Of a DNA stretch of 64,000 bases, positions 41,595-55,200 are shown piece by piece (positions within the stretch are counted from its first letter, which is position 1; each line of letters starts with the position of its first letter). Source of the stretch: Macrostomum lignano (Eukaryota); contig NIVC01001864.1 in assembly GCA_002269645.1 (NCBI GenBank), positions 164,024 through 228,023 on the forward strand, written 5' to 3'. The notes beneath the pieces are model-generated. The model was given only the letters and a program-made list of their open reading frames with translations. It was not told where the DNA came from and made no database searches. Both the position numbers and the translations under genes were made by a program.

Positions 41595-42612
41595 TATGAT
41601 GATGAGGAATAGAATGAGACTGGCTGAGTAGATGATGAGGAATAGAATGAGACTGGCTGAGTAGATGATGAGGAATAGAATGAGACTGGCTGAGTAGATG
41701 ATGAGGAATAGAATGAGACTGGCTGAGTAGAAGATGAGGAATAGACTAGATGAGACTGGCTGAGTAGAAGATGAGGAATAGACTAGATGAGACTGGCTGA
41801 GTAGAAGATGAGGAATAGACTAGATGAGACTGGCTGAGTAGAAGATGAGGAATAGACTAGATGAGACTGGCTGAGTAGAAGATGAGGAATAGACTAGATG
41901 AGACTGGCTGAGTAGAAGATGAGGAATAGAATGAGACTGGCTGAGTAGAAGATGAGGAATAGACTAGATGAGACTGGCTGAGTAGAAGATGAGGAATAGA
42001 ATGAGACTGGCTGAGTAGAAGATGAGGAATAGAATGAGACTTGCTGAGTAGAAGATGAGGAATAGAATGAGACTGGCTGAGTAGAAGATGAGGAATAGAA
42101 TGAGACTGGCTGAGTAGAAGATGAGGAATAGACTAGATGACACTGGCTGAGTAGAAGATGAGGAAGACTAGATGAGACTGGCTGAGTAGAAGATGAGGAA
42201 TAGAATGAGACTGGCTGAGTAGAAGATGAGGAATAGAATGAGACTGGCTGAGTAGAAGATGAGGAATAGAATGACACTGGCTGAGTAGAAGATGAGGAAT
42301 AGACTAGATGAGACTGGCTGAGTAGAAGATGAGGAATAGACTAGATGAGACTGGCTGAGTAGAAGATGAGGAATAGACTAGATGAGACTGGCTGAGTAGA
42401 AGATGAGGAATAGACTAGATGAGACTGGCTGAGTAGAAGATGAGGAATAGACTAGATGAGACTGGCTGAGTAGAAGATGAGGAATAGACTAGATGAGACT
42501 GGCTGAGTAGAAGATGAGGAATAGACTAGATGAGACTGGCTGAGTGGAAGATGAGGAATAGAATGAGACTGACTGAGTGGAAGATGAGGAATAGAATGAG
42601 ACTGACTGAGTG
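41595..42612. repeat. 31/33/37-bp minisatellite (GATGAGGAATAGA[CTAG]ATGAGACTGGCTGAGTAGAA)
   Basis: ~29 copies. Confidence 0.96.
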
Positions 42613-43090
42613 GAATACTCAGAGAATACTGAGAATACTCGTAGCTTTAAAACGATCTTAGTGATCAAACAGTCAAGTTGGCAAAGTATGAAAAAGGTGT
42701 GGCTTTTTAGGCTCACTTTCTGCACCCCTTCGTCAGTCGAACCAGTCATCATCACTGGCTGGAGCGCCCCGCCCAGATCTGTCTTATTGTAACTCGAGAA
42801 AGTGAGCACAACTTCCCAGGCTAAGCCGCGCGTTGCACGCGTTTCAATAAGCTTATAGCTCAGCCGGGTTGACAGGGAAGATATGAGAAAGTAGATCCCG
42901 CTCCGTGTCACCAATCATGCTCCTATACTACTCTTGAAATGTAGATGCTGCATGCTGCACGATAACTCGCAGTGTACCTCACTGCCTAACCCACTGGGTG
43001 TGACACTGGAGCAGAATCCTGCTCAAAGTCATTAGAAAATGCGCTTCTGTCAAGACTGAAGCCACTTGAGATAGTGAAGAACAATTATAT

Positions 43091-43811
43091 TTATGCTACT
43101 GATGGTCATTCTCAGTTTGACAACGGGTCATTATGCTACTGATGGTCATTCTCAGTTTGAGAACGGGTCATTATGCTACTGATGGTCATTCTCAGTTTGA
43201 CAACGGGTCATTATGCTACTGATGGTCATTCTCAGTTTGACAACGGGTCATTATGCTACTGATGGTCATTCTCAGTTTGAGAACGGGTCATTATGCTACT
43301 GATGATCATTCTCAGTTTGAGAACGGGTCATTATGCTACTGATGGTCATTCTCAGTTTGAGAACGGGTCATTATGCTACTGATGATCATTCTCAGTTTGA
43401 GAACGGGTCATTATGCTACTGATGGTCATTCTCAGTTTGAGAACGGGTCATTATGCTACTGATGGTCATTCTCAGTTTGAGAACGGGTCATTATGCTACT
43501 GATGGTCATTCTCAGTTTGAGAACGGGTCATTATGCTACTGATGATCATTCTCAGTTTGAGAACGGGTCATTATGCTACTGATGGTCATTCTCAGTTTGA
43601 GAACGGGTCATTATGCTACTGATGATCATTCTCAGTTTGAGAACGGGTCATTATGCTACTAATGATCATTCTCAGTTTGAGAACGGGTCATTATGCTACT
43701 GATGGTCATTCTCAGTTTGAGAACGGGTCATTATGCTACTGATGATCATTCTCAGTTTGAGAACGGGTCATTATGCTACTAATGATCATTCTCAGTTTGA
43801 GAACGGGTCAT
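43091..43811. repeat. 40-bp minisatellite (TTATGCTACTGATGGTCATTCTCAGTTTGAGAACGGGTCA)
   Basis: 18 copies. Confidence 0.97.
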
Positions 43812-44671
43812 TTTATTTTGAAATAATTACTTTGGAAACAATATGTTAGCCTGTAAATGAAGAACATGAAAGTCGGATTAAAACGGGGATTAAAACTTTC
43901 ACCCAAAACTGGTTGGGAGTACAAACTAGCTAAGCAGAGAGAAAACTATGGTATATTTAGTTATATGAAGATAATTGACTACTACAGTAGAGCGCAGCCT
44001 AAACAATAGGATGTCAATTATTAGAGATTAATAAAAAAGAGGGAATGCCGCTTACGCGAGCAACGATAATAGCAGAGGCAGAAGGTAGGCTTTACTAATA
44101 AATTACCTAAAACAGTAAACAAAAAACTTCTATGATTAAATTAAATGAGGAAAGGTGGGTGCAAACTAATTATAATCAAATAAGATTTATTGCACAATCA
44201 ATATGCCAACAAGTGACGAAAGCAATAGAAAATTGTATTTTGTATAACTCAGATTAGTATAGAAATTGCACTCAAAATGAACTCAGCGTGACTTAGAAAT
44301 TGAATAATTGGTGCGATTGCTTGACCTAATAGGGAATAAGAACTGAAGGCAAATTAAAAGCAGTGTATTGCTATTTTTACACAGATGTCTAAAAGCGACT
44401 TAAAGAAAACGATGCTTAAAACTATTGCGCGCCACAGGTGCCAGCATCTCCCCGACACAATATAATTATTGAAAAAAATTCTACTGCAGTAGAAAAAGGG
44501 GCCGGCAAAACAAATATTAACGGGAAAAACTACTAAAAATGGGACTGCTCTAGAAATAAAACCCAGAAGTAAAACCTGTCACTTAAAAATTATCGTTATG
44601 GGACAGAATTATTTGAGCATACTTAAACAGTTCTGTTTCTTATTTACTAATAAGTCCTATAACCTATTAAT

Positions 44672-45420
44672 AGTCCCAGAATCTGCTAATAGAGTCCCAG
44701 AATCTACTAATAGAGTCCCAGAATCTACTAATAGAGACCCAGAATCTGCTAATAGAGTCCCAGAATCTACTAATAGAGTCCCAGAATCTGCTAATAGAGT
44801 CCCAGAATCTACTAATAGAGTCCCAGAATCTACTAATAGAGTCCCAGAATCTACTAATAGAGACCCAGAATCTACTAATAGAGTCCCATAATCTACTAAT
44901 AGAGTCCCAGAATCTACTAATAGAGTCCCAGAATCTACTAATAGAGTCCCAGAATCTACTAATAGAGACCCAGAATCTGCTAATAGAGTCCCAGAATCTA
45001 CTAATAGAGTCCCAGAATCTGCTAATAGAGTCCCAGAATCTACTAATAGAGTCCCATAATCTACTAATAGAGTCCCAGAATCTACTAATAGAGACCCAGA
45101 ATCTACTAATAGAGTCCCATAATCTACTAATAGAGTCCCAGAATCTACTAGTGAGTCCCAGAATCTACTAATAGAGTCCCAGAATCTACTAGTGAGTCCC
45201 ATAATCTACTAATAGAGTCCCAGAATCTACTAGTGAGTCCCAGAATCTACTAATAGAGTCCCAGAATCTACTAGTGAGTCCCATAATCTACTAATAGAGT
45301 CCCAGAATCTACTAGTGAGTCCCAGAATCTACTAATAGAGTCCCATAATCTACTAATAGAGTCCCAGAATCTACTAGTGAGTCCCAGAATCTACTAATAG
45401 AGTCCCAGAATCTACTGAGT
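44672..45420. repeat. 21-bp minisatellite (CCCAGAATCTACTAATAGAGT)
   Basis: ~36 copies. Confidence 0.96.
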
Positions 45421-45547
45421 CCTAGACTAGAATAGGTAAAGAGAATTTCAGAATATCCAAACGCCTAGTAAAATTGTATATGAATACAGTTTATATGCAA
45501 ATGACTGCTGTCAAACTCAGCATTAATTATGTTAATGAGCTAGCAGC

Positions 45548-45808
45548 TTAGCTAGCCTGACGGCGCATCTTCTTGCCGCCGGTGGCGTAGATAACGCCCA
45601 TAATGGTCAGCCAGATAGCGCAGAGAATGGCGTAGCAAATCACCAGCGAGATGCCGCAGTGCATGCCAATGTGGAACTGGGTGGTGTCGTACAGGATGTA
45701 CCTGTCTGGGTCAGCCCGGGCGTCATTGAGAGTGATGCAATCAACGCCCGATGGCAGCACGGCGACGAAGATAACGGCTAGGAAGGCGACGGCGAATAGC
45801 GACTGCAT
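45548..45808 (-). CDS. Small (86 aa) type I membrane protein of unknown family
   Basis: GC-rich single-exon ORF: signal peptide MQSLFAVAFLAVIFVAVLPSGVDC, short ectodomain, TM GISLVICYAILCAIWLTIMGVIY, basic tail KKMRR. Confidence 0.7.
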   Translation of the reverse strand: MQSLFAVAFLAVIFVAVLPSGVDCITLNDARADPDRYILYDTTQFHIGMHCGISLVICYAILCAIWLTIMGVIYATGGKKMRRQAS

Positions 45809-45976
45809 GGTTGATAGCTGACTGACTGCTTGGTTGATTCTTTCAATTAAACTTTTAGGCACAGCTGTGGAAGGCTGACGAGCATGAACGGTAGATGAAT
45901 TAATAGGCTAACCTTATTCAACTTTAGGGGAGAAGCGATCTACGTTAAAACACTCGGGAAGAGGATTGTAACCCGG

Positions 45977-46590
45977 GAGAGGGCAGTGACCCCTATTGAA
46001 GAATCTGGGGAGAGGGCAGTGACCCCTATTGAAGAATCTAGGGAGATGGCAGTGACCCCCCATTGAATAATCTAGGGAGATGGCAGTGACCCCTATTGAA
46101 TAATCTAGGGAGATGGCAGTGACCCCTATTGAAGAATCTGGGGAGAGGGCAGTGACCCCTATTGAATAATCTAGGGAGATGGCAGTGACCCCTATTGAAT
46201 AATCTAGGGAGATGGCAGTGACCCCTATTGAATAATCTAGGGAGATGGCAGTGACCCCTATTGAATAATCTAGGGAGATGGCAGTGACCCCTATTGAAGA
46301 ATCTAGGGAGATGGCAGTGACCCCTATTGAATAATCTAGGGAGATGGCAGTGACCCCTATTGAATAATCTAGGGAGATGGCAGTGACCCCTATTGAATAA
46401 TCTAGGGAGATGGCAGTGACCCCTATTGAATAATCTAGGGAGATGGCAGTGACCCCTATTGAATAATCTAGGGAGATGGCAGTGACCCCTATTGAAGAAT
46501 CTAGGGAGATGGCAGTGACCTATTGAAGAATCTAGGGAGGGCAGAGGGCAGTGACCCCTATTGAAGAATCTAGGGAGGGCAGTGACCCCT
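45977..46590. repeat. 33-bp minisatellite (AGGGAGATGGCAGTGACCCCTATTGAATAATCT)
   Basis: ~18 copies between RPS25 and the small membrane-protein gene. Confidence 0.96.
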
Positions 46591-46756
46591 AAAGACCCGA
46601 GGAGTGATAGCAAAACCCGTGCCAGGACCTCCCATTAAACTAGATGTAAGCAAAAGTAGTGCATCAAAAATACCGAACACCATAAAAACCGGCCCATCCA
46701 AGCCAATTTAATCCAGAAGACAATGCCAAGAAATTGCCGATCAACAACTACACGTG

Positions 46757-46762
46757 TTTATT
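46757..46762 (-). terminator. AATAAA polyadenylation signal of RPS25
   Basis: AATAAA ~130 nt after the stop codon on the minus strand. Confidence 0.55.
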
Positions 46763-46888
46763 TAAAGCAGCCGCGCGTATTGAGAATAGTGTGGAATAAC
46801 TTGGCATAGTTAACACACACACACAACTGTCCACACCGATCAGCTATCATCATCAGACTGAAACTACTGGTTGGCTTGGCTAACAGGT

Positions 46889-47239
46889 TCAAGCCTCAGC
46901 CTTGGTAGTTTTAGTGTAGATGAACTGCGAGTGGTGCCTAGAGACCGGCTTGATTAGGCCTTTGCGGTCGAGCTCCAGCAGGGCAGCCCTGGCCAGGCTC
47001 ACTCGGATTTTCAGCCGCTCGCTAACAACAGACGGCGTAATGAGCTTGTAGGCTGGCACCTCCTTGTACAGCTTGTCATAGGTGGCCTGGTCGAACAGGC
47101 ACATGTTGTTGAGCTTGTCGCGAACTTTTCCCTTGGACCACTTCTTCTTCTTGGCCTTGCCGCCGCTGGATCCGGCGTCCTTCTTCTTAGCCGGGGCGGC
47201 CTTTTTTGAATCGACTTTCTTTGCAACTTTGGGCGGCAT
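46889..47239 (-). CDS. RPS25: 40S ribosomal protein S25 (eS25), intronless CDS
   Basis: [75 protein letters not shown] is the recognisable eS25 sequence. Confidence 0.97.
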   Translation of the reverse strand: MPPKVAKKVDSKKAAPAKKKDAGSSGGKAKKKKWSKGKVRDKLNNMCLFDQATYDKLYKEVPAYKLITPSVVSERLKIRVSLARAALLELDRKGLIKPVSRHHSQFIYTKTTKAEA

Positions 47240-50200
47240 GACATCAATTGTTAATTTTTTTGGCGAAAAATGTGCTTTAGAATTGCTATACTACTGGAAG
47301 TAGTCCTTGCAGATTGAAAGAAAAATGTTATTTTAAAAATCCTATTAATAATTTTAAAGATGGAACAAGATTACAAGAATAAAAAATTTTTGTATTATAT
47401 TCAATATCAAAATAATAAACCCTCATTTTAGTCACTAATTAATAATATATGATAAAGTGTATTATTGTGACAGTATAGACAATAGCCTAATGTCTATTTA
47501 TAAAAGGCTATCTAGTTATGTTAATCACCCATTGAAAACAAGGTTTAATATTGGGGTTTAATTAACTAATAGCTGGAAGGTTAATTAATGTGATTTTAGG
47601 TAAATAAACATTACTTTAATTTATGGAGGGTCAATTTACATAAATTTACAAGTTTGTTAACCAAAATTAGCCTACAAAGTGTGTAGTTAATTAATGTAAA
47701 TTTGCCTTTTGAGAGTTAAACTGCAGTAAAATAACCAACGAACCAAAAGTTTTTTTGTCCATTTACTTTCAAGATTAACCCTTGTTTTCAATGGGCATTT
47801 AAAAATACAATAAAAGCAATAGCACACATGAAAAGAACTTAGAGTAAGTTAAAGCCTTTTTACAAAATTTGCATATATTATATAATATGGCATATATTAA
47901 GTTGAAGTCTTTCATATCAAAATATTGTTACAAATATATTCAATATAAATAAAGCACAATAACTTTTATCTTGAATATGAGTATTTATACTATAAAAATT
48001 ATATGCAATCTAGACTAAAAATTGTTTTTAGCTTTTTATAACCAATAAAAAGATTTAATGAAATGAAATTTTTTTTTGAATATATAAAACCATATACTTG
48101 TTTAAATTGGTACATAAGATACTGACATACAAGTTTTATAAAAAAATAAATTCTAACATAGATGAACAATTTCTTTAGCTTCCTATAGGTATAGGTTTAA
48201 TCAAAATATCAAAAATAATATTAAAATGATAACTAATGTAATTATCTGTGTATATTATAAGCATATAAACATGCTAGCTCTAAATTACTAAATCTACTTA
48301 ACTATTATAGATACTTCTTTTTTACTTATACGGCTAATTGAAAAATAGCATGATATGCATAGTGACTATCAGCAGGATCAACAAGATTGAAACGATATTG
48401 ATATTGATGATCTAGAGCCATGCTTAGTTCATGACTAGCAATCTAGTGCCCCTTTTGGGGCCTCCAATAAGCAAGGAGCAAAAATAGTTTATGGAAAACA
48501 ATAAAAAAGCACATTGTCTTAAAAACCAATTCTTTGTTTACTGGATTTACTTTGTTTGTACTATATTTTGAGAAAGCTATATTGAATGCAATCTAGCAAA
48601 AGTTTCCATAGGTGCATGCCATGGGCTGGAACTTCCATTGGATGCAAGCTATATAGCATAGACTGTCATACGTGCTCAACCTCCAAAATTCAGTCAGCCA
48701 TGCAACTTAGTTTTAACAAAAATGCGACATAGTTTTTGGCCAAAAATGCGACTTACATGTAAAAAACACTAAAGCAAAATTAACGCAACTTTGGGTAAAC
48801 GGCAGGAGTAACTAAGACTGTCTTATTAAGCCAAAATGCCTCGTCAGCTATTTAGTACTACTCCTTTTGCATTTTTTTGAGTGGGCATTTTTGCAACTTC
48901 CTTGGTTGGCCGCCAAATCGGTCAGCCGGATTGGTCAACTGTTGCGCATGTATGAATAGAGTCTTTCAGTCTTCAACTTTCATACAATCAAGACAAAGGC
49001 ACATAGCACTTCATTTGAAAATTGATGCCTTTGCCTTCTTGCCCAGCAACTGCATTGTATTCACTTTTCTTTACCTATAAGCCTTTGCTAATCAATTTGC
49101 TAACCAGAGACAAGTAGATCTATGTCAATATATCAAAAGCACTTGATTAGCTGAAAGAAGTCAATTGCTGGTGCACAGAGGACATCTATATTTATTGGCA
49201 GCAAATCTATACTAACAATGACTTAGAAAGCTATCACATTTGGCTGAATAGGATGGCAGGATAACAAGAATTGCATTTTTATTTGCTTTTTAAACTATTT
49301 CATAGGCAGAAATGAAAGGAGAAAAACAAAGCAAACTATATATCAATAATAACTTTCAATTCAAAAACTAAACTCAAAACTATAAATTATAATTTTATAC
49401 ATAATTGCATATACAAACAATGATGTCAACAAATCAACTGAGACTATCACAAACTAGATGAAATCTGACACCAAAATGGCTTATTACCAATTTAACTAGC
49501 AACCACTGCAATTATTAAATTAAAAAATGAAAAATTGTTTTTGCAGAATATTGTGATAATAAATCTTATAAAGCCAAAAGAAAAGATTATGAAGAAATTT
49601 TATATCAATTTTAAAAAAATTTATATATATTATCTTTTTTAATATTCTACTGTCAAGAAGGTATCCAGTGTAGGCCAGTTTCTTTAGGCAAAATTTTAGG
49701 TATATGCCAAGTACACTAACAATTGGAAATGTGATTGTCATGTATACCAAAATTTCTAAGTTATGCAACCTTTCTTTTGCACTATGATCATACACGCCCA
49801 ACACCCAGCCAACCTGGCCAATTTGGTCAGGTGGCAAAAGGTCTGGCCAAGGTAAGTTGCAAAAATGCTAATCCAAAAATACATATACATAATACTAATT
49901 AGATTATGAAGCATTTAACCTTAATAATATAGTTATAGTTACTCTTTCTATTTATCCAAAATTACATAAAATTTGCTTTAGGGTTTTTTCATATAAGTTA
50001 CATTTTTGGTCAAAAAGTAAGTCACATAGCCAGGTAAAATTTTGAAGTTGGGCATATATGACTATGACAATAAAGGACCTTTTTTATGTTATGACAATCA
50101 TGGACCCTTTTGTTATTATACTTGATGTTTACATGTACATTATAATAAAAAAGTGTCATGTCTATTACTCTATTACTCTTTACAACATCTTGCAATTACA

Positions 50201-51944
50201 CAAAGTTTTAGTACCTAAATTTTATAAAATAGCACTATCAATTAGACTCAAATAATTTTTTTTTCATTTGTACTCTCATCAGATCTTAACCACTACCTTT
50301 TTCTTCAAAATGTTTTACCTTTCATTATAGAAACTAGAAGATACTTGCACCTATTTTAAATAGCTTTGTAAACCACTTTTTCTATGCCAAATACAACTTT
50401 TTAAGATTCAAGCACATCAAATATGTATGCCAATGAACTATGAAAGGCTAATGCACTCTAGAAAATTCTGGCATACCTTAGTCAGAAAGAAGGCATATAT
50501 ACCAAAAAATTTTAAGGCACACTCAAGAAATTTTGCATTTGTATTGATATACAAAAAGTGATTTTAGGCTTTTGGTATACATATTTTATATTATAATATT
50601 TTTGTATGACATGCACCCAAAATTAAAAAAAATTATGTTATCAATAATAGTCACAATAGTTGTCCATCATTATAATTGTACAATTTGATAACTATTTAAT
50701 ATAAAACAGTTTTTTGTGTTCTTTACAAGGTAACAATTTGAAATTTCAACAAAAATTTACAACTTTTGTTTTTTTTCTTTATTTATATAAAACATTAAAC
50801 AAATATAATTATTATTTTGAGTCTTTAACTTCATCTAATTGAAATTAAATACCTAAAATCATTAGTCTAGTAGTACTGTTAAAAAAATACCAATTTGAAG
50901 CTTTGTTATAAGGTAATGTATTCAGCATATATTGGTATATACCAAAAAAGTGGTCATTTTTTTCTGGGATACAATTACCATAGTCTGTTTTATGCTTAGA
51001 GTTATGCCAGAGGAAAAATGATGAAATTTCATCATTTTTACACCAGACTTATGCTAGGCTTATGTACCACATGCTAGGCATAATGCCTAGACTAAGGGGG
51101 GGGATCGAGATGCAGCCCATTTGTACAAACATTTTCTTTTAAAAATATTTATTTATGTTTCCATTTATATATTACAATTAAAACTTTATAAGCATATAAA
51201 TATTAAAAAGATAATAATGAAGTTTTTGCGTTACAGCATATTTTTTTTACTTTAAACTTTGTTTTACTTTTTTACAAATACTTGACCATTTAGGTATTTA
51301 AATTCTCTGTTGTATTCAAATACTTGAAATAAGCTATGGTCAATAATGACCATAATCAACCACAGTCAATGACAATATACTATTGCTTTTCAGGGAAATG
51401 TGCCAAAATATCATCTATAATTGTTTTTATGCCAGCCATTTGTGCCAATCCAATTTTCTATTAATTTTTATGCCAAGCATTTATGCCAAGGCTAATTTTT
51501 GTCTAGAATTATGCTGGACATTTCTGGCATTAACTATAACGAAATGGACTATAGGATACAAAAAGATTGTTCTAAACTGTGGCTGGCATACAGGATACCT
51601 TCCTGACTATAGATTATATTGGATTATATGATTTTTAATTTTTTCCTTTGGCACCATTTTTTTTAATTAAAAATCTTAATCTTATTAGAATTATCTAATT
51701 TTTGTCAAAAACCTAAGATTACTAAGACAAGAATCTTATCATAACTCTTATCTCATTTAGGTCTTGCAACATGTCATCTTTAGCATAGAGTTTATTTGGC
51801 CTAATATAAGTCATATGACTTCTAAATCATATCATAAAAAATAAATATTTGTTAATCAAAATTGCATTTTCAAATGTTTAATTTGAGGCAATCTTTTACT
51901 TTACTATGTTTAATAATTTTTTACTTTTCTTTCTCATTTCAAAC

Positions 51945-52214
51945 AATTTACTAATGGCTGGAAGGCCCTCTGCACCCATTACAATTATGCCTGAGGCCAA
52001 TCTAAGGCTAGCAGCCAAGCTATGCAACATTGATGTCACGCTACACAGCTGCTGGTCATAGGCCCATGTCAAGGCAAAATTCTGGGCGATGCATGGCACT
52101 TCTGAAGCTCTGTTTGAAATCTATCTCAACGAGTATCTCTGGCGCCAGCTCTTTCCTAGAAAGGAGTTTGGCAACTTCTTATACTGGGTGGCTTATTATT
52201 ACTTAACTAATTGA
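51945..52214 (+). mobile_element. Degenerate Merlin/ISXO2-like (IS1595 family) transposase C-terminal fragment
   Basis: Frame reads SCWS*AHVKAKFWAMHGTSEALFEIYLNEYLWRQLFPRKEFGNFLYWVAYYY, matching the W..VK...HG....YL.E(F/Y).WR pattern of Merlin transposases; upstream TNGWKA resembles the (S/T)DxW motif; internal stop present. Confidence 0.55.
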
Positions 52215-55200
52215 TTTACCTAACACTTAAAGACAGTTACCTTTATCCTCCTACTATCTTAATATTCTGAAATTAAAAAAATGGTTAAATTATTAAATGC
52301 AGTAAAGTAAAAGATTGCCTAATTTGAACACATTTTATGCAGCTTAAAAAGCCACAACTACATAGTTCTACTATACAAAGTACAACTTTGTAAATTGTAA
52401 TTGTACCCAAAAAAATCAAAAGCCAAAAGGGGGACCAAGCACATTTTTGCCAAAGTATAGAGCCACCCTTGTATCCCCCTAGGGCTTTACACTCTAGAAT
52501 CTGCCCCTCTCAACAAATTTCTAGTTTTGCCATTGGCAGAAAGCAGCCTAGGCCAGTCTGCATTGTTGCACCAATGCACCATTGGCATCTAGCAAGAGTT
52601 TATTCATTGTTTGATTATGGGACAATTGCACCATGAAATCTAGAAATTTTTATAACTACAGTGTAAAGTCGATCATTATGTGAAAAGTTTATTACTAGAA
52701 CTAGAAATGTGCATGAAATTAAAGAAATAGGCCTAGGCCCTAATAAAAAGAAAAAATGGTAGGCCTAAAATTCTTATAACTATGACAACTTTCTAGCCTA
52801 GACTATACAAAAGCTTAGAGGGGGTGTAAAAAAACAGGAATTAAAACTCAGCGGGCCTCCCGCAGACGGCCAGCGACGACTGTGCGGGCGTTTCCAGTGG
52901 ACAGCTGCCCCGAGTCGGCAAAAGAGGTTAGGCCTACTATAAATTGTATTAAACTATACAGAATCAAATGTAACTGAAAAAAACACTTAATAAAGCTGCT
53001 ACTCTTTCTAAAACAAGAGACTTGGACGAATGTGTGCGGCAGAATCCTTGAATAAATATATGCAGCATTCATTATTCAGTAAACATTTAGTTAGTAAAAA
53101 ATTATCACAACAATAAAAACGGGGTAAATCTCAAATTAAAATATACGTAAGTTATAAACAAATTTTTTCTTTCAGCATGAATTTAATTGTTAAACCAGAA
53201 GTATTTGTACATAAATTTAACTTTTATTTATAAAAAACTGATTGAAAAATGTGTCTTTAAACTTTTAGCCAGAGCTTATGCTTTTATCGTGGCGATAGCG
53301 ACCGAAAACGTATTTTTCTGACTTGTACTTTAAGTACGTTTTTTTGTTTCATAACGCTCTTTTGTGTACGTGTACTATTTTTGTCTATGGGACAATGACT
53401 GAAAATATAGGGGAAAACCTTTATCTGTGAGCTTGTGGATATTTTACGGCTGTGTTTTCAATATTTATGAACTTATTTAGCCCTGTCTTAATTGCATGAC
53501 ACTTGTCTACTGTTGAAAAATTCCTGTAAGGTGTAGGTTTTCTGATAAACAACGCCAAACATTTTGATCTTTAGTGATTCATTCTTTCAGAGACATTTTA
53601 AATATTGTTATTTTGTTTTATCTGCGACTGTCAATGCATTGTTACTTACTTATGCCTATTGATGTTACATTTTGACTTTTTTCATGAGCACAAAATTTCC
53701 TGTAAGGTGTAAGTTTACTCAGCTCATAAGCATGTAAATGTTCCCAAAACTTGTTATTATGTAGAAAAATACTAAACAAAGAGTAGTTTTTTATTGCATG
53801 TTCTTGTGATTTTACTAAAGAAGTATAGACCTTATTAAGTTCATTATATGGGTTTTTACCATTTATAGCCAACTAACATACTTAAGTAAGCAGTTTGTTT
53901 ATTTTTGTATGAAAATCTTTGATGAATTCGCTTGTAATGATATTCAATTTTGATCTTATGTGTATATTTTGAGCTCTAATGTTTGGTAATCCATATAAAT
54001 ATTCTAATTTGTTTTTGCCAATGTATTTAATATATTCCTCTAATGTTATCATATTTGAATGCCTATTTGGGCTAGCAAAAGACAATAGGTATGGCAGGAA
54101 CAGGAACCCTTAGAAACAGTTTGCATGGTTAGGAGAAAGCAAAAAGAATCCTGGTATTGCATACTTTTATTGTATTTAATGACACCTTAGAAAGCCTTTT
54201 TACTCATAATTAGGAAGCACAATCTATCTACTTCTATTTGTATTTATATCTCAATATCTGTGTGTAGCAGTATATGTTTACCTTGCAATTTGAATGCCAT
54301 ATCTATTATTTCTATTTAGTCATTTTCAATTGTACTCTGCTATCTTGGTATTCATTTACAAAAATACAAAGTGAGAGTCTATCTGTCTATTTGTAAATTT
54401 TGGCAATTTTCAATGTAGACATTCCTAAAATTACTACAGTTATTTTCTTTAAATTGATACCAGATAACATTAAGATGATAATACCTCATTCTTATATGGT
54501 TTCTATTTTCTACAATACACAAATTTACTTCAAAATTCATTTCTTGTCTGGAATAAAAGTGGATATTGCATGATAATAGAATATATTTATATGTATCTCT
54601 ATAGTACAGTGCAAGAAGGGAGTGTTGGCCATGATGGCATAGCAGTCATGAGGGTAGAAAGAATTGCTGGGCTGGGCCAATGCCAAATGCCACACATGCA
54701 CATTGTTTCACATGTGCACTGTGTAGTTACAGTGTTGGGCATAAAAACTAACACATCTATGTAAGAGTTTGAAATCCTATATACTGTATTTGTACTGTCA
54801 GTTGCATCTTATCCTGGCCTGTACATCTGTTGCTTTCTCTTAGCATACTGTATTACCTTTCTCTCAGCATATATATATGTTTTAGTTTCCAGTTTAACAT
54901 TTGCCATTTGCCATTTACATTTTTCTTAGTTTTCAGTGCCATATCTGCTTTATATAGTATTTTTCAGTCTGTAAGTTTTCTGTTTTTTTCTTTTTGCCAG
55001 TATCTTTTTGGCTTTTATTTACTGTTGTACAATTTCCCAGTGCGAGTAACTGTACGCTTTTAATTTCATTGCATTTTTATGGTCTGCACTTCTTTATATA
55101 AGTCCAGTGCAGTTCAAGTATCTGTTTCAGTCTGTTTTTTCTTGCACATTTTAAAGTAGAAATGGGAAATATACATGCAATTTTTTGTTTTGCTTTAATT

